DNA of 64,000 nt, taken from contig CAMJHQ010000013.1 of assembly GCA_946405625.1 (NCBI GenBank), positions 6,037-70,036 of the forward strand. Reading direction: 5' to 3'. Positions 56,171 through 64,000 of the stretch are shown here, in pieces (within the stretch, counting starts at the first letter, position 1; every line of letters begins with the position of its first letter). Source of the stretch: an uncultured Lachnospiraceae bacterium. GTDB taxonomy: Bacteria > Bacillota > Clostridia > Lachnospirales > Lachnospiraceae. Made by a program: the position numbers and the translations under genes. Under the pieces are notes generated by a model. That model was not told the origin of the DNA. It ran no database searches and saw only the letters and a list, made by a program, of their open reading frames with translations.

Positions 56171-58888
56171 TTATTGCATTTTTCCGTCAGGACCTAAATA
56201 GTATTTACCGACTTTACGGTTAGTAACCATAACTCCATCCGAATCGAAGTAGTACCAGTCTTTTCCAAGCTGCAGCCAGCCTGTCTTCATCTGACCGCTT
56301 GTATTAAAGTAATACCACCTGTTTCCAATCTGAAGCCATCCCGTCTTCATATGTCCGCTGGAGTTAAAGTAATACCACTTTCCGCCTTCAAGAAGCCAGC
56401 CTGTCTTCATCTGACCGCTTGTATTAAAGTAGAACCATTTATTATCTATAAAACACCAGCCGATTTTCATCTTTCCGCTGGACAAAAAGTAATACCATGA
56501 TCCATCTCTTGTCTGAAGCCAACCTGTCTTCATCTTACCGTTTGTATCAAAGAAATACCATGATCCATCAGAAGACTTATACCAGCCTTTCTGTGCACCT
56601 CTGCTGGTTACGATATACCATGATCCATCTTTTGTCTGTAACCATCCACTGAACATCTTAGCCGGTGTTTTTCTGATCTTATTTACATCATAGAGACCTT
56701 CCATCTCAATTCTGAGGTCATTAACAGAAGCTAATCTTCTCGGCTCCAATGTCTGCTGTGACTTATCACCGTCAAAATCTCCGCTTGCCGGATAAAAACG
56801 CCATGTACATGCCCAGCAGATTGCTTCCCAAGCATAGTAATCTATATCATAATAATCGCTGTAATCATCACTACGACCAAAATCTATAGATCTTTCATAT
56901 CCTTCATACTCTGCATATCTCATGACCATGAGAGTCAGATCCTGTCTTGAGATGAATTTACCGACTCCGAAGGTATCCTCGTAAATATCAGGATAACCTA
57001 CGCAGATAGCATCATTCTGCTCACCCCAGACCAAAGCGTCATAATACCATGATCCCGGTACAGCATCCTTAAATCTTGACTTTCCGGTTACCGCAGGTTT
57101 ACCTGCCAGACAATAGAAATAATATGCGGCAGCTTCACGTGTTATAAGATTAGAAGTATCAGCCGGAACATCAGGGTCAATCGGCTTAGGCGGTGTGCCC
57201 ATAGGAGAAGTATTTACCTTAGTCTTATAATCAAGTACCAGACAGAAAATATTATCTCCACCTGTAGATGTATCTCCGCCCCAGTCCAGAGTCCATGACT
57301 GTCCCTGACATACTAACGGTTCATCTTTTCTGACACCATCTTTATAAACCTTTATAAGACGACGACAGTTACCTATTTTAATTTCCTTTAAAGGATTGGT
57401 AAAAGCCATCAGATAATATAATTCTGTATTCTTTGAAATATCAAGATTACTTATACTGTTACGTCCGCAATCCAGATATACGAGCTTCGGATTATGTGAT
57501 ACATCCAGAGATGTCAATCCCGGAAATCCTGTATCCGGATTATCATTATAGCTGACTATAAGCTTGGTCAATTCAGGATTATGACTTACATCAACACTCG
57601 AAGCATTATTATGAGCGCAGTTATAATACTGTAATCCCGGACACTTACTTACATCTATACTTCCAAGTCTCGGATTATCCCATACATCAAGTCTCTTCAT
57701 CTTAGGACAGCATGTTACGTCCAATTCCGTAAAATCATTTCTGAACGCATCAAGATGCTGCATATTAGGATTATTACTTAAATCCAATTCCTTTAATCCA
57801 CAGTCTCCGCACATAAGATGCTCAAGAACAGGGTTATTGCTTAAATCCAGATGTCCTACAGGACTTGAATTACACTCGATATATGACATATTCGGATTTC
57901 CGCTGACATTGAGTGATGTCAGATTATCACAATAGAAGCAGTAAACCCACTCAAGCGACGGAGTAGATGAAAAATCAAGTGATGTGAAATCATTATATGC
58001 AACCCACACACCTGTTATCAACTGATTACCGCTGAGATCAAGCTCCGTTAAATGGTTATGCGAAGCATATAGTCCACGCAGTTCGGTTAAATATTTAATT
58101 CCATCCAAAGAATAGATATTACGATTGTCGGCATAGATATTTCTGGCAACCAGTATCTCATGATCATCAAGCACATTGTTATGATCACCATCAAAAGCTT
58201 CAGATACATATGCTCTGAAATTCGGATCTGGGAATGTATTGGCATTTATCCTGACATTACCGGCACTGTCTATTGCCTCATCATCTTCCTTAATAATATC
58301 ATCCTTTGCATTCTTATCCTTCTGAGTCAAAACAGCCTTCTTCTTCTCTGCCTCAGCTATTTCAGCAGCCTTTTTTGCTGCTTCCTGCTTTAATTCTTCG
58401 GGAGTTTTTGTATTACTTTTTTCAGTTATTTTTTCCTCTGAAGTCTTTTCTTCTGAGGTTTTTTCTTCAGTAGTTTTCTCCTCGGTTGTATCCTTCGCAG
58501 CCTCCTCCGATGTTTCTTCAGATGCTGTTTCTTCGGATGTTTCCTCAGATGTTTCTGTTCCTTCTGTTGTTTCCTCAGAAGTCTCTGTTCCTTCTGTCGT
58601 CTCCTCAGAAGTCTCTGTTCCTTCTGTTGTCTCCTCAGAAGTCTCTGTTCCTTCTGTCGTCTCCTCAGAAGTCTCTGTTCCTTCTGTTGTCTCTTCAGAA
58701 GTTTCTGATGCATCTTCTGTATCGGCAGCATCTGCTTCAGACGACTCATCACTGATCACGGTAACAAGCTCGGCCTCATTTCTGTCAATTCCGGCAGCAA
58801 AAACCGTATCAGCACCACTTCCGAGCGCAATCATAAATGCCAGACATCCGGCAATGATCCTCGAAAGCCTTGCGTTAATTCTCCTCAC
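56171..58888 (-). CDS. Secreted protein with leucine-rich repeats, SLH-like module(s) and C-terminal cell-wall (choline)-binding repeats
   Basis: GTG start at 58888 with GAGG 9 nt upstream. Signal peptide ...CLAFMIALGSGADTVFA. TEGTETSEET x5. About 12 LRR units of 22 aa (LDLSNNP, LDVSHNP, LDISKNT). FKDAVPGSWYYDALVWG...GYPD...FISRQDLTLMVMRY is SLH-like. C-terminal GWLQTKDGSWY-type repeats. Confidence 0.85.
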   Translation of the reverse strand: MRRINARLSRIIAGCLAFMIALGSGADTVFAAGIDRNEAELVTVISDESSEADAADTEDASETSEETTEGTETSEETTEGTETSEETTEGTETSEETTEGTETSEETTEGTETSEETSEETASEETSEEAAKDTTEEKTTEEKTSEEKTSEEKITEKSNTKTPEELKQEAAKKAAEIAEAEKKKAVLTQKDKNAKDDIIKEDDEAIDSAGNVRINANTFPDPNFRAYVSEAFDGDHNNVLDDHEILVARNIYADNRNIYSLDGIKYLTELRGLYASHNHLTELDLSGNQLITGVWVAYNDFTSLDFSSTPSLEWVYCFYCDNLTSLNVSGNPNMSYIECNSSPVGHLDLSNNPVLEHLMCGDCGLKELDLSNNPNMQHLDAFRNDFTELDVTCCPKMKRLDVWDNPRLGSIDVSKCPGLQYYNCAHNNASSVDVSHNPELTKLIVSYNDNPDTGFPGLTSLDVSHNPKLVYLDCGRNSISNLDISKNTELYYLMAFTNPLKEIKIGNCRRLIKVYKDGVRKDEPLVCQGQSWTLDWGGDTSTGGDNIFCLVLDYKTKVNTSPMGTPPKPIDPDVPADTSNLITREAAAYYFYCLAGKPAVTGKSRFKDAVPGSWYYDALVWGEQNDAICVGYPDIYEDTFGVGKFISRQDLTLMVMRYAEYEGYERSIDFGRSDDYSDYYDIDYYAWEAICWACTWRFYPASGDFDGDKSQQTLEPRRLASVNDLRIEMEGLYDVNKIRKTPAKMFSGWLQTKDGSWYIVTSRGAQKGWYKSSDGSWYFFDTNGKMKTGWLQTRDGSWYYFLSSGKMKIGWCFIDNKWFYFNTSGQMKTGWLLEGGKWYYFNSSGHMKTGWLQIGNRWYYFNTSGQMKTGWLQLGKDWYYFDSDGVMVTNRKVGKYYLGPDGKMQ
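58543..58692. repeat. 5 x 30-bp in-frame tandem repeats (TEGTETSEET)
   Basis: cctcagaagtctctgttccttctgt(c/t)gtct units are nearly identical. Confidence 0.9.
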
Positions 58889-59032
58889 CTTTTCATACCT
58901 CTCTTTACCGCCAAAGCGGCATTACACTTAAAGTTTATAGATTACAGCACACTACACACACATTTTTTATAATAACAGCGAAATAAGCCAAAATTTTTGC
59001 TGTTATTATATTAACACTTTAAAAGTACTCAA

Positions 59033-59061
59033 ATGATATTATAGACATAAACATGTGTCAA
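59033..59061 (-). promoter_or_regulatory. Candidate sigma-A promoter of the LRR protein gene
   Basis: On the minus strand, TTGACA, a 17-nt spacer, then TATCAT. The leader is about 135 nt and contains an 11-bp inverted repeat (58969-59009). Confidence 0.4.
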
Positions 59062-59274
59062 CGATACAAACACGACATTATATACCTACATTCTCTTAAA
59101 CAAATGTTTACTCAATATCTTCAAATACATTCTTAATAAAAATAATCTAAAATACTTACCAAGTCAATATACATATATAACAAAAATTATAAATTTGCGA
59201 ACAAATAATAATATTCATTATCTGACACGTAAAAAGGCCCGGGTTGTCACGTAAAAACCATCAGCTTGAAACGT

Positions 59275-59303
59275 AAAAAGGCCCGGCAGTTTCCTGCCGA
59301 GCC
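59275..59303 (-). terminator. Terminator after the 1204-aa choline-binding protein gene (shared hairpin family)
   Basis: ggcccggcag tttc ctgccgagcc forms a 10-bp stem with one G-U pair on the minus RNA, followed by UUUUUACGUUUC. Confidence 0.7.
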
Positions 59304-59319
59304 TGAGACTTTTATAACT

Positions 59320-62300
59320 TTATTTACTTATAAGACGTCCCTGTGAATCAAAAACAAATCGTTCATTATAAATGAATTGAGTTCCTGTTAACAACGAACC
59401 TGATCTCATATAATATGTATTTCCGTCAACAGTAAACCAGCCCGTATCCGGACAATGACCTGTCTTATCTACATAGCATAATTCGTCATATGACTCATTC
59501 CCTTCATAGAACGTTCTTGTAAAGAAACCCGGAGTAGTATGAACAGCTCCGTCACTGTCTGTAACATAATTTCCGTCACCGCTTATCTCGAACACATAAT
59601 CGACCATACCATCAAAAATGTAGTAGGTTTTACCGTTTTCCGTAATCTTTCCGTTATATGCGGTTCCATCCTTGTTGGCATAAAATTTTGTTCCGAATAT
59701 GCCTGCAGTCCAGCCTCCCTTAACAAGCTTTCCGTTCTGTCCGAATACAAAAAGATCATATTTTACCGGATCAAACGTAACTCCCGTAGCCATTCTTCCG
59801 TAACCATCAAGATAATAATCACCTATCCATTCATTACGAAGATACTTGCCGTCATCACCTACATAAACCCAATAAGTTACAACATTTCCCCAAGGAAATG
59901 CTTCGTTAATAAGAGTCCATCCTTTTGCCTGAGAGACAATTCCACTCTTATCAGCTTTATAACAATAACTACCATGGAGAAATGCTTTGTCTGTCACCAG
60001 CACTCCGTCATAATCAAAAGCATAATCATGTCCATCGACTGTTATTATCTGATCACGAACCATTTGTCCTCCACCGATAAAGAAGCACCATTTATCTGCC
60101 ACTTTATTCCATCCGGCTTGAGTAATCTCCTTTCCTTCGCTATTAAATGCAGCATACCTATTCTTTTCCATTACAGGATCATAAAGCTTTGCAACCGTTT
60201 CCTTTAACATATATCCATCATTTGAAAATCCATACTTTGTACCGTTTATATTGATTATTTCTTCATGCGCAACCGTTCCGTCTGACTTAATATAAAACCA
60301 TACATCCTCATAATATTCTTCCCCTGCCAGATAATCAAAAGACTTAACCTTTTTCTTGGTCCACCCCGGTGTCTTTACTATAAGCCCGTTTTCATCAGCT
60401 AAGTAATAACTTCCATTATTATAAAGATCAACAATTCCATTCTTTATCAATTCTCCGTTATCAGATATAGCATAGATACCACCTGAACCGTTTGATATTG
60501 GGGCTGTCACCACTGTTCCGTCATTATTCAGATATAAATCCTCCGGATTGTCCTTTCCATAGTACCTCGAATAGCCCTTTATCCAACCGCTCTTTCCGGT
60601 TACAAGCGCACCATTTTCATCAAAGTAGTATACACCCTTATCTGTTTTAGTACGCCCCCAATTCATATAACCATCTTCTTCGAAATAGTATTTTTTACCT
60701 TCTATCGTCTTCCAGCCCTTTGCAGCCTGTCCTGTCTTTTCAAAATAATGCCAGGTACCCGGACTTGACTGAACCCATCCGGTTCTCATATTACCTCTTT
60801 CACCAAAGCAGTAATATAAGCTGCCGATTTTACCGATTCCTTGTACCAGTCTGCCTTCCTTGGAGTAATACCAGGTTCCGTTTATCTGCAGCCAGCCATC
60901 TTTGATTTCACCGTTTGAATCCGCATAGCATATATAATCATTCTTTATACTTCTTATATCAAAGAATCCGGTCTGTAAAACACCGTTTTTATCAACATAA
61001 TAATTCTTTCCATCAACATTGATGTACTTTTCACTTTGAAGCATATAGTCAGGTGTCTCCGACTCAGGAGTTCCGAAATAATACCACTTTCCTCCGATCT
61101 GTCTCCAGCCATTGGCAAGTATTCCGTCTTTAATAACATAATACCAGCTGCTGCCTTCTACAGGTAATCCGTTAATTTCATGCTTTTCTTCTATCCATCC
61201 GTTTCGTGAAACAAGTGCACCGTCCTTTGTGAAATAGTAACCATATTTACCTGCAGTTACAACTCCTGACTTCATGTCCCATCCCATAGTATCAAGTTTT
61301 CCAAGTGAATTAATGTATGGCTCACCGAAGAAGTACGTTTTTCCTCCGATATCGGTCCAGCCTTCTTTCAGAATACCGTTTTTATCAGCATAGTACCATT
61401 CTGTACGATATTCACCGGGGGTTAATTCATATGTACGTTTTATCCATCCCGTCTGCATAACTCCGGATTTTGCAAAATAATACGGCTTACTCCTTACATA
61501 ATATACGGCATCACTATTCATTAAAACTCCGTCATCGACCCAGCTTCCGTCACCTGACTGGTAATCATAACCAAAATGATACCACTTACCGTCTATGTTG
61601 GTCCATGCCTGTGCCAATCTGCCGGACGGATTGGCATAATAATACTCACTCTTATCTCCGTAAACATCTATCCAGCCTTTTTTCATAACTCCGGATTCAC
61701 CAAAGTAATAATATGAGCCTCTTATATCCTCAAGATATGTGCACATATTATAACCCTTCAGTGTATAGCTTCCGTCAGATTCCTTCTGTGTCTGTCCAAA
61801 ATGATAATCATTTTTGTCTAAAACAACCCAGCCCTGATCAAGCTTACCATTCTTATTTGAATGCAGCCATTCGCCTCCGTCGGTCTTTGCCCAGCCGACA
61901 GCCATAACACCGCTCTTTGCAAAATAGTAGAAAGTCCCCTCTACCTCAGCTATACCGTCTTTCTTCATAACATAGCCGGATACTTTATATGTACCATCCG
62001 AATTCTTAACAGAATCGCCGAAATAAAAATATAATCCTCCCTGTTTAACCCAGCCCTGCTGGAGATGGCCACTGTTGTCAGCAAAGTAATCATTGCCCAA
62101 TTTATTGATCCATCCTGTTAGCATATATCCGTCACTGTCAAATATATAGGTGTAACCACCGAGAGAAACGATAGCATTCTTATAATATGTATTTGTGCCG
62201 GTATAGTATCTCCACTTGTCCCCGAACTGAACCCATGAATTAGGTGTATACATCTTACTTTCATCATTAGTTATAACAGCGTTTACTTCTTCATCCTTAT

Positions 62301-62934
62301 CGGATTTCATTGAAGTTTTACCGGCATCAGTCTTTGCGACATCGATATCAGCCTTTACTGCATCAGCCTTTGCCGCATCGGTATCACTACTTAATTCAGC
62401 TTTTTCTGTTTTTTCCGAAGCATCAACACTTCCGGACTCAGCTGACTCAGTGCTCTCATCCGTATCTTCTTCCGAAACAGGATTATCTGACACGTTCTCG
62501 GATATTTCATCCTCTGCCGTATCCTCTGCAACTCCATCGGTATTATCTTTCAGAACTTCATCTTTCGGATTCTCGGCTGTATCCGATATTCCTTCCTCGT
62601 CAATCATGTCAGCATCCGATACTTCAGAATTATCCCCAACTTCGATATCTTCTGATTCTCCTTCTGCCTCAGCATCCTCCGAAACCCCATCAGCTTCAAC
62701 GCTTTCAGCCTCTTCCGTTGCTTCTTCATCCTCTGATGCTTCCACTGCCTCAGTGCTATCAGGTATGTCAGCATCATCAGATTTTCCAGTTTTCTCTTCA
62801 ACAGCAGAAACTGCCTCAACTGTTTCCTCCTGATGAACTATCTCATCAGCATGAACAGTTTTCGGTCCTGCCGCACCTGTTGAAATAAGAAATGCCGCAG
62901 CCGCAACCAACCACGGGCTCGCCTTCTTCCTCAT
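59320..62934 (-). CDS. Giant secreted cell-wall (choline)-binding repeat protein, paralog of 52201-55842
   Basis: GGAGG SD. Signal peptide MRKKASPWLVAAAAFLISTGAAGPKTVHA. Acidic spacer and the VITNDESK junction, then CW_binding_1-type repeats to the C-terminus. Collinear with the other giant protein but clearly diverged. Confidence 0.88.
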   Translation of the reverse strand: MRKKASPWLVAAAAFLISTGAAGPKTVHADEIVHQEETVEAVSAVEEKTGKSDDADIPDSTEAVEASEDEEATEEAESVEADGVSEDAEAEGESEDIEVGDNSEVSDADMIDEEGISDTAENPKDEVLKDNTDGVAEDTAEDEISENVSDNPVSEEDTDESTESAESGSVDASEKTEKAELSSDTDAAKADAVKADIDVAKTDAGKTSMKSDKDEEVNAVITNDESKMYTPNSWVQFGDKWRYYTGTNTYYKNAIVSLGGYTYIFDSDGYMLTGWINKLGNDYFADNSGHLQQGWVKQGGLYFYFGDSVKNSDGTYKVSGYVMKKDGIAEVEGTFYYFAKSGVMAVGWAKTDGGEWLHSNKNGKLDQGWVVLDKNDYHFGQTQKESDGSYTLKGYNMCTYLEDIRGSYYYFGESGVMKKGWIDVYGDKSEYYYANPSGRLAQAWTNIDGKWYHFGYDYQSGDGSWVDDGVLMNSDAVYYVRSKPYYFAKSGVMQTGWIKRTYELTPGEYRTEWYYADKNGILKEGWTDIGGKTYFFGEPYINSLGKLDTMGWDMKSGVVTAGKYGYYFTKDGALVSRNGWIEEKHEINGLPVEGSSWYYVIKDGILANGWRQIGGKWYYFGTPESETPDYMLQSEKYINVDGKNYYVDKNGVLQTGFFDIRSIKNDYICYADSNGEIKDGWLQINGTWYYSKEGRLVQGIGKIGSLYYCFGERGNMRTGWVQSSPGTWHYFEKTGQAAKGWKTIEGKKYYFEEDGYMNWGRTKTDKGVYYFDENGALVTGKSGWIKGYSRYYGKDNPEDLYLNNDGTVVTAPISNGSGGIYAISDNGELIKNGIVDLYNNGSYYLADENGLIVKTPGWTKKKVKSFDYLAGEEYYEDVWFYIKSDGTVAHEEIININGTKYGFSNDGYMLKETVAKLYDPVMEKNRYAAFNSEGKEITQAGWNKVADKWCFFIGGGQMVRDQIITVDGHDYAFDYDGVLVTDKAFLHGSYCYKADKSGIVSQAKGWTLINEAFPWGNVVTYWVYVGDDGKYLRNEWIGDYYLDGYGRMATGVTFDPVKYDLFVFGQNGKLVKGGWTAGIFGTKFYANKDGTAYNGKITENGKTYYIFDGMVDYVFEISGDGNYVTDSDGAVHTTPGFFTRTFYEGNESYDELCYVDKTGHCPDTGWFTVDGNTYYMRSGSLLTGTQFIYNERFVFDSQGRLISK

Positions 62935-63052
62935 CCTCTGTTACCTCCTTATAAATCTGTTACCTTCAAGTTATTCGTTCAAAAGCTATACTCCAATAAT
63001 ATCTGTCACTAAAATCCATTTAAACATCCGATTTAATGATATTTACAAAATC

Positions 63053-63078
63053 AAAAAGCCCGGCAGTTTCCTGCCGGG
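63053..63078 (-). terminator. Terminator after the AlgJ/DHHW-like gene (shared hairpin family)
   Basis: cccggcag tttc ctgccggg forms an 8-bp stem, followed on the minus strand by CUUUUUGAUUUUG. It starts 8 nt after the stop codon. Confidence 0.7.
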
Positions 63079-63085
63079 TATGGTC

Positions 63086-64000
63086 TTAATTATCATCTTC
63101 CGATTCTTTGATTTTCTTTGCTGCATCTTCAATGCGTTTTGTTCTGTCACAGCGTTCAGCATTTTCTACAATAACAATATCGGGATCATATGCTTCGATC
63201 ACAGCCTTTGCATCGTCCAGATAGATTCCCCAGATTACTATCACTTCATGAAAACTTTCAGCCATATCATCTATGATAAATGTATCAAAATAACTGTCAC
63301 CTATGAACAGAACTCTTGTATCATTATCAATGCTGTCGTTTGTGAAATATCTGTTCCACGAGTCCTCTGAAAGGTATGTCAGCTTCTCATTTGTCAAAAC
63401 CGCCTGAGGGTCTTTAATTTCAAAATTCTCTTCATAATCGGGCTTATGTATCCCTCCGAAAACGGTTTCACCCTGGTCTGTAACCGATATATTATAATCT
63501 GATTCCTGAAGGATTTTATATTTATTATCCGATTCAGAATTAATCGCATTCATCAACTGCAGATAAGCTAAATATGCACCTCTCTGAGTCCAGTGTGACG
63601 GATCCCCCCACACGCTGTATGTAGCATAATTCTTCTTTTCATCAATTAACAGCTGTTTGGATGAGATAACATTCACATCCGTATATCGTTCGAACGCATC
63701 GACAAAATAATCTGTTTTGGATTTTTCTCCCGATTGAATTACGGTTGTCGGAAAATATTCAGGATAGATAGAATGCTTATCCCAACATTGTACATAATAA
63801 AACTGCATACCTTTTCCTACCACATAATCCTTTAGACATTGCAGGCTTTCGGCTTTTTTCTGTAATTCTTCTTCAGTATAGAGATTCTTCCTCTGATAAT
63901 CGACAAGCATTACATCTGTTGCATAATTCAGTTCCCCATTCGGTCCCAGATACATATTCGTATTATTCGAAAGCACATTGAATACATAGAACTGTATCCG
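63086..64000 (-). CDS. AlgX/AlgJ-like (DHHW-type) SGNH-like protein, probable polysaccharide O-acyltransferase component; the 5' end lies outside the window
   Basis: WGDPSHWTQRGAYLAY (D-x-H-W motif) and VLFIGDSYFDTF (GDS motif). The frame stays open to base 64000, so the true start is beyond the window. Confidence 0.6.
   Translation of the reverse strand, partial: RIQFYVFNVLSNNTNMYLGPNGELNYATDVMLVDYQRKNLYTEEELQKKAESLQCLKDYVVGKGMQFYYVQCWDKHSIYPEYFPTTVIQSGEKSKTDYFVDAFERYTDVNVISSKQLLIDEKKNYATYSVWGDPSHWTQRGAYLAYLQLMNAINSESDNKYKILQESDYNISVTDQGETVFGGIHKPDYEENFEIKDPQAVLTNEKLTYLSEDSWNRYFTNDSIDNDTRVLFIGDSYFDTFIIDDMAESFHEVIVIWGIYLDDAKAVIEAYDPDIVIVENAERCDRTKRIEDAAKKIKESEDDN

Noticed and set aside
1-64000. 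Mobile elements, prophage, defence systems (RM, CRISPR-Cas, Abi, TA), and tRNA or rRNA genes
   Set aside because: No transposase, integrase, recombinase, nuclease/helicase/methylase-type motifs or cloverleaf-like sequences were recognised in any frame. The only accessory-looking block is the small immunity-gene islet.

Overview
This 64-kb window looks like a low-GC Gram-positive chromosome, probably Clostridia or Lachnospiraceae. That assignment rests only on gene content and codon style, and no search was run. Nearly all genes are on the minus strand.

Left end (1-8.2 kb):
- a partial acidic membrane-anchored protein
- gltX on the plus strand
- a visibly AT-richer islet of 3-4 small immunity-type genes (SUKH/SMI1-KNR4 plus a frameshifted barstar-like remnant) with no toxin gene
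- a YihY/BrkB membrane protein
- a large SpoIID/LytB-domain protein

Centre (8.2-45.4 kb) is one very large cell-wall glycopolymer locus. It contains:
- glf
- a plus-strand GT8+GT2 pair
- a TagF-like glycerophosphotransferase
- two Wzx-type flippases
- a 3-amino-sugar set (cupin ketoisomerase, DegT aminotransferase, GNAT)
- a GtrB-like/GtrA/DUF2142 x2 extracytoplasmic glycosylation set
- several GT2 genes and three acyltransferase-3 genes
- a Wzy-like polymerase gene broken by a perfect 95-bp tandem duplication
- LicD with a CDP-ribitol-type pair (IspD/TarI-like plus SDR)
- DUF4422
- the initiating phosphoglycosyl transferase
- a Wzz-like protein fused to a degenerate BY-kinase-like domain

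Right part (45.5-64 kb):
- a choline module (BCCT transporter, LicC, wHTH-LicC-LicA fusion)
- four secreted proteins carrying choline/cell-wall-binding repeats: one with an M23 peptidase domain, one with LRR plus SLH-like modules, and two giant repeat-only paralogs
- a partial AlgJ/DHHW-like gene

The most notable points are the 95-bp duplication, phased TGTWAH-N5-TGTWAH (WalR-type) hexamers at the M23 gene promoter, the pseudokinase fusion, a recurring terminator hairpin, and several tandem repeats.

All functional calls are motif recognition by eye. No database search, folding or statistics were run. No rRNA, tRNA, CRISPR array, transposase or integrase was seen.
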